Positions 21,253 to 34,916 of a stretch of 64,000 nucleotides of DNA are shown here, one piece after another. A model generated the notes under the pieces. The model saw only the letters and a list, made by a program, of their open reading frames with translations, did not search any database and was not told the DNA's origin. Position numbers and translations under genes: made by a program. The number at the start of each line of letters is the position of its first letter. The first letter of the stretch is position 1. This DNA comes from a virus: positions 7,878-71,877 of the IMG/VR virus record IMGVR_UViG_3300032294_002055; one strand, given 5' to 3'.

Positions 21253-21744
21253 ATGAGCGAAACGCAGCAAACAGAACCAAAGCCTAGAGCTAGAATTATC
21301 TATATGTATCGGATGGTTCAGGGGAATAAAGTCCGCTGGAAATTCGAAGTAGATAATCAGATGGTTATATTAAATGAAGGTCCTGCAGAAAACCAGCCTA
21401 CAGAAATTCAGCAAAATACATCAATACCTGGGCCTAAGCCTGTTGATCTTCAACCTGATGCAATGATGCAGTATAAAAAGGTTCTTGAAGAGCGTGGTAT
21501 CACTTACAGTACAACCTCTACAGGTCAGGTTATAATTCAAGATATTCCAGCTAAAGAAAAGATAATCATGCAGTTCTTTGATCTGAACGCGCCATGCCCT
21601 GACGTGCCTGGATTAGAAGATATTAGAAATAGGTATAAACAAGAATACGATCAAGCAGGTGGAGCTGCCTGTCCTTCATGTCAGCTTAATACGCTGCAAA
21701 GAAAGTATAGAGAAATATTGAAAGCAAAACTACCTAATGGCTAA
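21253..21744 (+). CDS. hypothetical CxxC protein
   Basis: GAACPSCQLNTLQRKY near the C-terminus. Confidence 0.55.
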   Translation: MSETQQTEPKPRARIIYMYRMVQGNKVRWKFEVDNQMVILNEGPAENQPTEIQQNTSIPGPKPVDLQPDAMMQYKKVLEERGITYSTTSTGQVIIQDIPAKEKIIMQFFDLNAPCPDVPGLEDIRNRYKQEYDQAGGAACPSCQLNTLQRKYREILKAKLPNG

Positions 21745-21937
21745 TCGTCCATATGACCACATGATTGCGGGTATATCTAATTACCCAGATCTTGAAAAAA
21801 GGCTTTCTGCAGAACTTGCGTATTCAAAGCCTTCCGGGTCGGGTTGTGGTCAGTGCCAAAAGCAAAAGATCATTAGAAAGTTTAAATCTTTATTAGATCT
21901 AAGACGTAAAAAAGAACCGCCCTCTCGGCGGTATTAG
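21737..21937 (+). CDS. small basic CxxC protein
   Basis: GSGCGQCQKQKIIRKF, similar to the C-terminus of the preceding ORF. Confidence 0.5.
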   Translation: MANRPYDHMIAGISNYPDLEKRLSAELAYSKPSGSGCGQCQKQKIIRKFKSLLDLRRKKEPPSRRY

Positions 21938-21938
21938 C

Positions 21939-21968
21939 TTGAAAGTCAGTCATATTTAAACTATAAAT
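21939..21968 (+). promoter_or_regulatory. sigma70-like promoter of the sigma factor gene
   Basis: TTGAAA-N17-TATAAAT, ending 8 nt before ATG 21977. Confidence 0.6.
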
Positions 21969-21976
21969 GTAGTTGT

Positions 21977-22693
21977 ATGACTGGCGCTAAACCCAATAGT
22001 CTTGATTCAGCGTATGCTGCTTACTTAACTGATCCAAATCCTGATCGGTTAAATGATGTTGTCGATCACCTTACGCCTGTTATTAATTATAACTTATCTA
22101 CCATTAATGCTAGTGGTAATAATTTAATTAAAAATAAAGCGAAGATATTTGCTGCACAAGCAGTGAAAAAATTTGATCCCAATTCAGGTGCTTCTTTACC
22201 TACCTGGGTAAGCGGACAGTTGATGCAGCTGAAGCGTTACAATAGAGAAGTGAATCAGCCGGTTAAAGTTCCTGAGCGTGTTCAACTCGATGCCTACACA
22301 ATATCTCGGGCAGAGAAGGAATTCTATGACAAGCATAACAGGGAGCCTGATGTAGAAGAATTAGCGGATTACGCTAAGATGCCGAGAAAAAGAATCGAAA
22401 AGGTTCGCCGCTCGTTTAGAGCTATGCCTAGCCAGGGAGCTATAGGTGAGGGTTTCACTCAGACAGAAACAGACTTTGGGGCTGAAGCTTTAGATTACGC
22501 TTATAAAGATGCTGACCGAGTTGACCGTAAGATCATAGAAATGAAAACGGGATATGGTGGTAGATACGAACCCATGCCGCCAAATAAAATCTCCGCTATG
22601 CTGGGATTAACTCCAAGTCAATTAACTCGCAGGTCTATTAAACTATCCTTGAGAATTCAGGAGATAGAAAAAAATTTACAGGATATTCAATAA
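21977..22693 (+). CDS. phage sigma-70 family factor (SigB/FliA-like)
   Basis: Region 2 AVKKFDPNSGASLPTWV, region 3 HNREPDVEELAD, region 4 HTH PNKISAMLGLTPSQLTR. Confidence 0.85.
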   Translation: MTGAKPNSLDSAYAAYLTDPNPDRLNDVVDHLTPVINYNLSTINASGNNLIKNKAKIFAAQAVKKFDPNSGASLPTWVSGQLMQLKRYNREVNQPVKVPERVQLDAYTISRAEKEFYDKHNREPDVEELADYAKMPRKRIEKVRRSFRAMPSQGAIGEGFTQTETDFGAEALDYAYKDADRVDRKIIEMKTGYGGRYEPMPPNKISAMLGLTPSQLTRRSIKLSLRIQEIEKNLQDIQ

Positions 22694-22694
22694 T

Positions 22695-23051
22695 ATGAAG
22701 ATGATTGAACAGTTCCTGCCTGCAGAAGCAGAGCAGAGATTAATAGATATTAACGCCTGGGTGCAAGCCGCACCTCAGCGTTATGCTGCTGAATACTATT
22801 CATCGTTTACTGCTTTTGTAGATCATCTTAAAAGTTTGGTGACTGCGGCTAACGCAGCAGTGCAAACAGAAGAAACTAAACAAGATCGCATTGAAAGAGC
22901 CAAGCTAATGTATGCAGCTGCTATTTACCGGGACTGTAAATACTCGTTGATGCATAGAGGCAGACTTCAAGAATTAGGTATAAACAACATGTACCGAGAA
23001 GCTTATGAAGTTGGAAACTTTGCTAATCTATCTCAAAGTCCTTTAGAATAA
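22695..23051 (+). CDS. hypothetical protein
   Basis: Tightly packed ORF in the operon. Confidence 0.5.
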   Translation: MKMIEQFLPAEAEQRLIDINAWVQAAPQRYAAEYYSSFTAFVDHLKSLVTAANAAVQTEETKQDRIERAKLMYAAAIYRDCKYSLMHRGRLQELGINNMYREAYEVGNFANLSQSPLE

Positions 23052-23060
23052 TTAGTGTAT

Positions 23061-23456
23061 ATGGAAGGAATTAAAATCAATTTTTTGAACGGCGATATCT
23101 ATATCGAACCCACGGAAAAAGTCACTGGGTTCGATGCTACTATTCAAAATGCGCTGGTCAATATTGGTACACGGCAAGGTACTGACCGAACATACCCAAC
23201 CAAAGGAACTACTATTTTAAAGAGCGCAGTAGAAGGTAAAATAGTAGGCTTGAATATTGCCAACCATGAATCGCAGATAGCTGCTATAGACACACTATTC
23301 TTTTCTCGAGAGTATGAAACTTCCACTGATTTATCCATAAGACTTGGTAAAGTGTTTATGGATACGTTATCTTATGATGGTACAAAATTAAGAATAAATT
23401 CAGCATTCGTCAACTTTTCGGATACCATCACTAAAGGTACAGTAACTATTTTATAA
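23061..23456 (+). CDS. baseplate wedge protein (gp25-like)
   Basis: VTGFDATIQNALVNIGTRQGTDRTYPTKGT resembles gp25/GPW; precedes the J-like gene (alternative GTG start at 23055). Confidence 0.65.
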   Translation: MEGIKINFLNGDIYIEPTEKVTGFDATIQNALVNIGTRQGTDRTYPTKGTTILKSAVEGKIVGLNIANHESQIAAIDTLFFSREYETSTDLSIRLGKVFMDTLSYDGTKLRINSAFVNFSDTITKGTVTIL

Positions 23457-23457
23457 T

Positions 23458-25191
23458 ATGGCACTTGATTTCATTAACACTTATTTTCCTGATGTAGCGG
23501 ATGTAACGCAGGAACAACTGTTATCTGCACGCACAAGGCTGGATACAATACTAAAACAGAAATATGCTAACTTGGATACAAGACCTAACTCTGTATTTGG
23601 AGATTTAGGTTTAGCTCCTTATGCTTATTTAGTTGCCTGTCATGAAATTGCTATGGAGCGATTCATGAGCGACTTAGATTTAGAGCAGGTAGCAAACGGT
23701 ATTATCTATAACTGTGACTTTGTTAAAAAGTATATTCAAAATTTTGCTACGGTAGATCAGACCACCTTAAAGTCTTCAGGTGTGATCAGATTAGTTTTTT
23801 GCGCTGATAGTACTTATACAATCGATAGAAGAGCTAGATTTATATTTGATACGGAAAATGAGTTTACTCTGCGTCTAGCTAACCCGGGATCTCTAGATGT
23901 TCTGCCTGTGGGTTCAGTTCCTTCTCCTTTCACTAATGAGTATGTGTTGAAACAGATTTCAGAGACAGAGTATGCAATTGATATTGGTGTAGTCGGTACT
24001 ATGGTCAGTCAGGTTTCAGCTGGGGCTGTAGGTACTACAGATTACACAGTAACAGATTTAACGAACATTCTGGCAGTCACGAATTTTGAATTTGGTCTGC
24101 CTACAGAAAGTTTAGCTACTCTTGCTGCAAAAACAAGAGAGGCGTTCTACAGCGCCACCCTTACCACTCGCTCAGGTGCTAACAATTACTTAGCTAGAGA
24201 ATTTCCAGATCTTGCAGCTACCTCCCCTATTCTTCCTGGTGACACAGCTGCTGTTCGTGCTGCTGTAAATCCATTAGGTGTAGCAAACGGTAAGATGGAT
24301 ATTTGTGTGCAGTCCAAAAACTTTGGTACTACTGTGTCCCAAACTCTGCAGCTTACCTACAGCGCTTCTGGTGCCTCAGGTCCTGCTTACTATGGAAAGT
24401 TGGACCTACTGGAAGTACCTCAGGTAATTGATTCTATTCAGTATTCAGGCGATACAACAGTTGAGTTAGGTATTAAAGGCCCTACAGGTAAAATTAATGT
24501 ATTGAGTAAAAGCACGGATTTTTCTAAAGCTCCTCTACTTACATCTGCTTATTCTACATACGAAGATTATTGGATTCGTATCGTAGCTCCGTCTGCCTCT
24601 GGCTTTGACTTCGATCCTATCAATGACATAAGCGGCGCACAATTCAATTACTTCACAATTAATTATAGAGCTGATCCTCTTGTTAAAGTGGTATCAGATA
24701 CTTTAGGTAGCTCAAACTTAACTCCTATCGGTGTTGATGTTTTGGTTAAGGGATATGTACCCATCTATATTAATTCTTTACTGATTACCTATACGAAGAA
24801 AGCAGGCGTGCGTGTAGCATTAGAGACAGCAAGAGATGAAATATATAATTATTTCAAAACACTAGGCTACAATAAAATTTATGCTGCCAGTAAGATTTAT
24901 GATGCGATGTATTATGCTGGCGCAGATGATGTTGTGTCTATTTCAGTAAACTCTCAGATTCAGTGGTCAATTGCCGACAAGATTATCCCGGCTTCTGTTA
25001 CTGCAGATCCTGCCGGGCAGACTGGATTTGATGCTGCATATGCTGCTAGCTTACCGTTACCGGCGAATGTTTATAATAATCTTTCTGCTACTGCTGCTTT
25101 TGAATCTACAACCTATAGTGTGATGGAAGCAAGAAACAGAGGTTATTATTTACCTTTGGAAAACATCTTATTCTCTGAAGTCATTTATTAA
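23458..25191 (+). CDS. baseplate J/gp6-like wedge protein
   Basis: LDTRPNSVFGDL, GVIRLVF and G-x-x-x-ES-x-x-x-L-x-x-x-R motifs of the baseplate J family. Confidence 0.75.
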   Translation: MALDFINTYFPDVADVTQEQLLSARTRLDTILKQKYANLDTRPNSVFGDLGLAPYAYLVACHEIAMERFMSDLDLEQVANGIIYNCDFVKKYIQNFATVDQTTLKSSGVIRLVFCADSTYTIDRRARFIFDTENEFTLRLANPGSLDVLPVGSVPSPFTNEYVLKQISETEYAIDIGVVGTMVSQVSAGAVGTTDYTVTDLTNILAVTNFEFGLPTESLATLAAKTREAFYSATLTTRSGANNYLAREFPDLAATSPILPGDTAAVRAAVNPLGVANGKMDICVQSKNFGTTVSQTLQLTYSASGASGPAYYGKLDLLEVPQVIDSIQYSGDTTVELGIKGPTGKINVLSKSTDFSKAPLLTSAYSTYEDYWIRIVAPSASGFDFDPINDISGAQFNYFTINYRADPLVKVVSDTLGSSNLTPIGVDVLVKGYVPIYINSLLITYTKKAGVRVALETARDEIYNYFKTLGYNKIYAASKIYDAMYYAGADDVVSISVNSQIQWSIADKIIPASVTADPAGQTGFDAAYAASLPLPANVYNNLSATAAFESTTYSVMEARNRGYYLPLENILFSEVIY

Positions 25192-26620
25192 TGAACAACA
25201 TCTTACATAACAAGCATTTTGTTTTCGGGGACCTGGGTGATTTCTGGTACCGTCAACAAAGTGAATCGAATGCAAATGGTATTCAGTTCGCTCGCACCTT
25301 ATCGCATCTTGTGGATAACAATGGTGCGGTCAGTGATATGTCTGGATCTATTCAAAGATTGAGCGGAGATGGAAGAGTATATAAGAGTAACTATACTATC
25401 CCATTTAATCCCTTTGATGTAAGGATATTAAATTTTAATATCAATCAAAGATATAAGACAGGTAGCTTTCCGACATTAACAGTAGCTAAACCAGTAAAGT
25501 ATTCTTTACCCAATACTGGCGCATTACAGATTGAGGCTTTACCTGTCGATACTCCTTCACCTGCTCCTGAAAGCCTTACAACTAATTTAAGCAACACTTT
25601 AGCTGATAATGATTATGGGAACTTTTGGTTTGAACTAGAGGACTCAAATAGAACAGTGCTTTTCAGTACTGATGAAGCACGCCCTCTTTACTTTGTTCCT
25701 ATACCTCTGACTATCGAGCCAATATCGATTACCACAAATACTCGAGAACTAACTACAGGTTGTAGTTTTATAGCTGGTCCTGGTTACTTATTATTTTTTG
25801 AAGATCCTTATACATTGTTTCCAGACAATTTAATTTTTGTACGCAATTCTGTATCCTTAGAATCGCATACAATGGATTATGTGTATCAGGTAGATAACGT
25901 ATACTCTGATGGTCGTTACATCGCAGCATACATGCGCACTACGCATTCTGCAGATGCTCTGAAACTTGCATTATCAGAAGTAGCAGGACTACCTATTCTA
26001 CATGAAGATTCTGTACTGCAGCAAATATACGAGAACTACGATGTAACTATTTATGAGTTTGATACTCAGGTAATTAGCGTACCAAACTATATTGAGCACG
26101 ACGCATTATCCATCGGAACTACCTACCCGGCAGGAACTATTTTCGGCAGTGAATATGTAAAAATATATTCAGCCGCTAATGTATCCGATTCTCCCTGGTA
26201 CCGTACTTCTGATTTAGCTGCTGTGTGGGCTACGTCTGGTTTGTCTCTCAATACTATTACGCCTTTCTCTGGAATAAAGGTTCCTGATGCCACCGGTACT
26301 TTTGCTTATAATGGTTCTACTGCTGGTGGTGGTACGGCTCACTATTATTTGACCGGGATTACTGGCGGGAATACAGGAGCCTATTGGTCATTCGTTCGTT
26401 CATCAGAAACGTACACAGATAAGTATTTAGCAGATGTAGCTGGCGTAACACTTGGCGCTACCGCTAACTGTATTAATTTTTATTTTAATAATATGCTTAC
26501 TTATAACGCTATAGTTATAAAGTTAAGAACACAAGAATTAGGTAGTGAGCGTCATCAGAACGTGATGTCATTCATCAGAAGAGATTTGCCTATTAATGTC
26601 ACTCCTATTATATTAACGTA

Positions 26621-26621
<1 letters not shown>
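25191..26621 (+). CDS. baseplate wedge protein (gp7/gpI-like)
   Basis: Follows the J-like gene; motifs LGDFW, ALKLALSEVAGLP and C-terminal FIRRDLP. Confidence 0.55.
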
Positions 26622-30267
<3,646 letters not shown>

Positions 30268-30271
30268 TATC

Positions 30272-30658
30272 ATGATTCCAGATACTGACTTCTACAAAGC
30301 AGTCATGCTAACTTGCCCGGGTAGGCCGTTTATGCTTTCCCCTGAAACTTATGATGGGCTTACTATGTTAGACGGCGGCGATAAACCAACTTTGGCTGAA
30401 ATTGAGATGGCTTGGGCTAACCGCCCACCAGAAGTACGTAAATGGCAAAACGTAGAAGAGTTTGTAGCGGAGTTTACATTGACAGAACTGGCTATGATCG
30501 AGCTTAGCCAAGTACCAAACATTGCAGCGCTACGGCTTAAGTTAAACACCTGGCTTAGCGCTATTCACTCTGACGATCCTCTCGTCGTACAGGGACGGTC
30601 TGAACTTGTCGATGCAGGTATTCTTACAGAACAAAGGGCAACAGAAATATTTGGTTAA
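30272..30658 (+). CDS. putative tail fibre assembly/chaperone protein
   Basis: Small gene directly after the fibre; KPTLAEIE motif. Confidence 0.5.
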   Translation: MIPDTDFYKAVMLTCPGRPFMLSPETYDGLTMLDGGDKPTLAEIEMAWANRPPEVRKWQNVEEFVAEFTLTELAMIELSQVPNIAALRLKLNTWLSAIHSDDPLVVQGRSELVDAGILTEQRATEIFG

Positions 30659-33135
30659 CGTAGATTCATATTAGCCATAAGCTTATCTGCATCAAACTCC
30701 TCAGTGAGTGCAGGTGTAGTATGGTAATAAGAGTTCAGCGCTTCTAGCATACTCTCTGCGTCCACATCTATCTGTTCATCTGTTATAGTGACAGATTTAG
30801 ATATTTGTTTTAGCTCATATTCTAGACCTTTAATATCGTCCACCTTATCAAATGCCTTTTTGCTGATCTGTAATTTATGAGCGTTGATATTTCTAATGAA
30901 GTAATCTTTGACTTCATCTATTCCAATACGGCTGAGCATATTGTCCAGATTTTCAAATGGCGTCTTACTAGCGGGCCAAGATAAAAGACCACAGGAATCT
31001 ATGATAACCTGCGCACCTTCCTTCGAATAAGCATTAGCCCGAGATACGCTGTGTTCTTGTTGAAAGTTTTCTGCCTGAGTTTGTAATGCCCACTCAGCTA
31101 TTTTCTTTGTTATAAATTTTAATGTAGCCTGCGCTTTATGTACGACATCTAAAGAAAAGTTTTCATTGATGACAGTACCAGCGTCACATAGAATAAAAGC
31201 TGACAAACTGCTTTTATTAATTTGTGAAGAAGAATATCCAACAGCGTAAAACGGAAAGCCTCGAACACCTGGTATTTCTTCTCCTCTCATGTTCTGGTTT
31301 AATTGCAGTACTGCTGTCTGTCCTAGCGATGCAAAAATTTCTGACAACAATCGACGTGCTTCTGCATTGTTGTAAATAGGTAGAGGCTTAACCTGCATAC
31401 TCAAAAATGTACGCACAATAAATGATGCGGCCTGGTTAAGTATGTTAACAATGACTTCAGGTAGATCATGGTGCAGAGCACAAACATCTGATATATCAGT
31501 CGTAAAGCTGGATAGCGTCGGAATTATCGGATGTAAGTATTTCTTGCCTAACCTAGAACCTTTACGATCTGCTATGAAATAAGGAGCGTAGAATGAGGAT
31601 CTCCGGGGAGACCAACCTAGCATTGGTATACCCTCTGTCTTGGTCAATTGAGACACCTGTTCCCGTAGGTAAGTAGTTAAATATTTAGCACCACTTCTTT
31701 CCATCACAGTGGGAATATTTATTTCAGTATTAGATACTCCCATAGTAGCACGTCTGGCTGCTTTCTCTAATTCCGTAATCTTATCTATCTCTTCCTGTTT
31801 TAGAATGATAGGGTATTTATCATTATTAAATAAAAGATTCCCTGCGTGGAATATATCTGTGGATTCTGTGAATACGATGTTCTGTTCTAACTCAATTGTG
31901 AAGTTACTAATATTATTAGTATAGACATCATTGTTGTGTTTCTTTATGGAGTACCCATATGGATTACTGAATAGTGTAATCTTATCATCCTTGTACACTG
32001 GCAGCGTCTTGAAGAAGTTACGTACTTCATCTGCTTCTTCAAAATATCTATTGGCGTGTAACTGGACAAGAAGTTCCTGGCGGCTTTTATGATTTAGTTC
32101 TACCAGAGGAAGAATACTACTGATGGGCATTTTCTTCTTTAGTTCTTTAACCACGCATTTGAGTATAAACTCGTTTGCGTCCACTGGTGTATAATCGGCA
32201 TGTAATCCTACTTTATTTTCAGACACAGTTAAGTCTGGAATATAGCGCTGCAATGTACCAGCAACTCGTAAGTCAGAATGATTTTCTCCACTAGCAATAT
32301 ACGTAGCCGAAGGAAGAACAAATGATTCACCTGATGCAGTAGCGTCTACCATCATATGCAAGCAGAGCATCTCAGGATTAACTCTGCTATATTGTGTATT
32401 AAGCTTTGCTGCTTCTGCATACGTATATGCAACCTTAGTTTTCTTACACCCGGGGTGTCTCTGTAGCAGTGAGAAGAAAGACGTTCTAGATGGTAATATA
32501 TTAATCTTCTCTGGCTTAGAATCAGGAGTCTTTAAAACCAGTAAATGACTGATGGTATGGTAATTAACAAAGTAGGGTAGTACAATGTAAGGTCCTGTAA
32601 TGTTTATATTTTTATCAGGATATATATTTTTTATTAGCTCTTTTAATACATCAGTTTCTTGTGCGCTAATAACGAAAACAGAATGACGCAAAGCTTCAGG
32701 ATCTAATCCCTGTGCTCTCAACGCACTTCTGTACTGAATAATTTTAATATTGTTTTGAGAACCATTCAGCGCGTTCTTTAAAAAGAAATCAAATATCTTT
32801 CTTTTATTTTTTAATTGGGTTGTAATTAGCTTTTGATTTTTATATACAATAGAATTCTTTAATTTATCATCCAGTATATTGTTGAGCGTTTCTATGGCTT
32901 GGCTCCATCCGCAAACACCCTTGGCTACTAAATAATCGATCGATGATCCAGCACGGAAAGTGCAGAAGCTATTTTCACATACAAATTCTTTATCCAGAAT
33001 GAATAATTTGCTTTCGCATTTTGGACAATTTGTAGTATATTCTCCGCTTAGACCTACATGCAATTCTTCGCCCAGCAAGTGTATTAACTCGATGGGATTT
33101 ATAATTTGATCCAAAGTTTGAACGCTCAATTCCAT
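30655..33135 (-). CDS. primase-related protein with N-terminal zinc finger, apparently degenerate
   Basis: INPIELI...CPKC...VCENSFC...GSSIDYL...AIETL resembles a primase Zn-binding domain; no clear TOPRIM or Walker A motif. Confidence 0.45.
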   Translation of the reverse strand: MELSVQTLDQIINPIELIHLLGEELHVGLSGEYTTNCPKCESKLFILDKEFVCENSFCTFRAGSSIDYLVAKGVCGWSQAIETLNNILDDKLKNSIVYKNQKLITTQLKNKRKIFDFFLKNALNGSQNNIKIIQYRSALRAQGLDPEALRHSVFVISAQETDVLKELIKNIYPDKNINITGPYIVLPYFVNYHTISHLLVLKTPDSKPEKINILPSRTSFFSLLQRHPGCKKTKVAYTYAEAAKLNTQYSRVNPEMLCLHMMVDATASGESFVLPSATYIASGENHSDLRVAGTLQRYIPDLTVSENKVGLHADYTPVDANEFILKCVVKELKKKMPISSILPLVELNHKSRQELLVQLHANRYFEEADEVRNFFKTLPVYKDDKITLFSNPYGYSIKKHNNDVYTNNISNFTIELEQNIVFTESTDIFHAGNLLFNNDKYPIILKQEEIDKITELEKAARRATMGVSNTEINIPTVMERSGAKYLTTYLREQVSQLTKTEGIPMLGWSPRRSSFYAPYFIADRKGSRLGKKYLHPIIPTLSSFTTDISDVCALHHDLPEVIVNILNQAASFIVRTFLSMQVKPLPIYNNAEARRLLSEIFASLGQTAVLQLNQNMRGEEIPGVRGFPFYAVGYSSSQINKSSLSAFILCDAGTVINENFSLDVVHKAQATLKFITKKIAEWALQTQAENFQQEHSVSRANAYSKEGAQVIIDSCGLLSWPASKTPFENLDNMLSRIGIDEVKDYFIRNINAHKLQISKKAFDKVDDIKGLEYELKQISKSVTITDEQIDVDAESMLEALNSYYHTTPALTEEFDADKLMANMNLR

Positions 33136-33147
33136 ACTTCAATTTTC

Positions 33148-33156
33148 AGTATAGCA
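33148..33156 (-). promoter_or_regulatory. extended -10 promoter for the 826-aa gene
   Basis: Minus-strand TGcTATACT, 12 nt upstream of the start codon. Confidence 0.55.
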
Positions 33157-33193
33157 CAATCCAAGACGTGCGCGACAAAGAATTTAGAATCAC

Positions 33194-33222
33194 TTGACCT
33201 CATTTAAATTTACGGCGATAAT
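33194..33222 (+). promoter_or_regulatory. sigma70-like promoter, leaderless
   Basis: TTGACC-N17-GATAAT; ATG at 33228 coincides with the expected +1. Confidence 0.7.
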
Positions 33223-33227
33223 TACTT

Positions 33228-34280
33228 ATGACTATGGACTTCACTAAAGACCAAAACCCCACCGCGCTTTACGAAGTAGGCATTAAGGCTGGAGACAGCT
33301 TGCCTAACTATGTCAAAGAAGCGTCTATTCTTCAAGAAGAAGATTTGGTATCTTTACATGATTGTGCATTTGCTGATCAAGCAAATAGATTACATCCTAT
33401 TCATACAAAGGCGGCTACATACATGAGCGCCGTATATCTTGCCGGTGAAGGTAAGATCGATTCTAAAGAATTTGCTGCCGTAAAAGAAGCAGCTGCATTA
33501 TTTGATATTGAACAAGATATTGAAGATGCCGTCGCTCTTTTACCTCAGGTAGAAAAGTCAGCGCATGAATTGGCTACTGAAAAATATGCGCTTAGCTTCC
33601 AGATTGAAGAAGAAGATACTTGGAAAGCTTACGCTATTAATAATGATGTAGACGTAACTAAGGCTGCTACGGAAGTTGTACGTGACTGGAATGACGAACA
33701 CATTCCTACTGACTGGTTCTTCCACGCAGCGCGTAACATTGTTAAAAGAGCTAATGAGTTGAATATCCCACGTAACGATATTCCTGAAAAGGTATGGCGT
33801 TTCGGTGAGGAGCGTCTTGTTGACTTTGATAATGTTGACTACGCTATTGGCGAGCGTGCTCGCGCTGGCGTTACCGATGTGTCTGAATATGCGCAAGCAC
33901 TCAAGCAGGCTTCTGCTGGAGAGGTTACTGTCGAGCAGGCTATTGATACTTGGATGGGTTTAGACGCTGCAAACAATATCAGCCATAAGCGTGTCACTTC
34001 GCCTCATGAGGCTTTCTACTCTGGAGCTAAGGTTGCTTACTTACAGGATCTGTCAGAAAAGAATATCTTTGTTTCTGAAGTTATGGTACCTGCAGAAGAA
34101 TTCAGTAAATTAGCTGCTGACAATTATAAGGCTGTAAGAATGGCCTTTCGTAAAGAGGCTGCTGATAATATCATTAATATTCTTTCTGAAAAGGATGCCG
34201 CTAAGACCTCGGCTAAAATTGCCAGCCTTGAAAGTAATCAACAGAAACAATTGTTGAGTTTACTTTTAAAGGTGGCATAA
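33228..34280 (+). CDS. putative head-associated protein
   Basis: Acidic and predicted helical, with multiple KxA motifs (KEAS, KEAA, EKSA, KQAS, KLAA); near the terminase gene. Confidence 0.4.
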   Translation: MTMDFTKDQNPTALYEVGIKAGDSLPNYVKEASILQEEDLVSLHDCAFADQANRLHPIHTKAATYMSAVYLAGEGKIDSKEFAAVKEAAALFDIEQDIEDAVALLPQVEKSAHELATEKYALSFQIEEEDTWKAYAINNDVDVTKAATEVVRDWNDEHIPTDWFFHAARNIVKRANELNIPRNDIPEKVWRFGEERLVDFDNVDYAIGERARAGVTDVSEYAQALKQASAGEVTVEQAIDTWMGLDAANNISHKRVTSPHEAFYSGAKVAYLQDLSEKNIFVSEVMVPAEEFSKLAADNYKAVRMAFRKEAADNIINILSEKDAAKTSAKIASLESNQQKQLLSLLLKVA

Positions 34281-34286
34281 TGCCGT

Positions 34287-34916
34287 ATGCTCGACACATT
34301 TCCGTTTGATAAACGATTAGCTGCGGATCTCTTAGCCGATACCGAAACAACGGCTACGGTATTGCATATGATCATCTTGGCCGCTTACGGAGATGAAGTG
34401 TATGGTTCGCTAGAACACGGCATTGAACCTGCAGATCCTGTGGAGTTGTGGATGCGTCTTAAAGAAGACTTCTCCGTTAATATCCCGGAGTCCAATGAGA
34501 ACAAAGTAAATGCTTTGATGTTGGCTTTATCCACGGAAGCTTTCTATGATGATCCATTGGCATTCATCAGCATATGTAATGCTTTGTATTCCGGGGATCT
34601 CGGTGACTTAGTTAATGGTGCTCTCGAGGATTTAACTATGCCAGAAATGCTCTGGGGTATCTACGAGGTAGAACTTAACCGTGGAGACTCTGAAGGATTT
34701 GCTTTGCCTATTGATAGACTGATTGATGAGATCATTAAAAATGAAGCAGAGGATAATGAGGAATTAGAAGAAGTCGAAGTAGTTCCTTACTATGAAAAGT
34801 TTGTCGCGGAAATGCGCGATGACATGCTTGTTCAGATGCGTATGTTGGGAGTGGATGAGATGGTCATTAAAAAGATATTAAAAGAAGATCTGACACCGGC
34901 TCCAGAGTTATCCTGA
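34287..34916 (+). CDS. hypothetical acidic protein
   Basis: 209-aa ORF convergent with terminase, 9-bp overlap. Confidence 0.55.
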   Translation: MLDTFPFDKRLAADLLADTETTATVLHMIILAAYGDEVYGSLEHGIEPADPVELWMRLKEDFSVNIPESNENKVNALMLALSTEAFYDDPLAFISICNALYSGDLGDLVNGALEDLTMPEMLWGIYEVELNRGDSEGFALPIDRLIDEIIKNEAEDNEELEEVEVVPYYEKFVAEMRDDMLVQMRMLGVDEMVIKKILKEDLTPAPELS

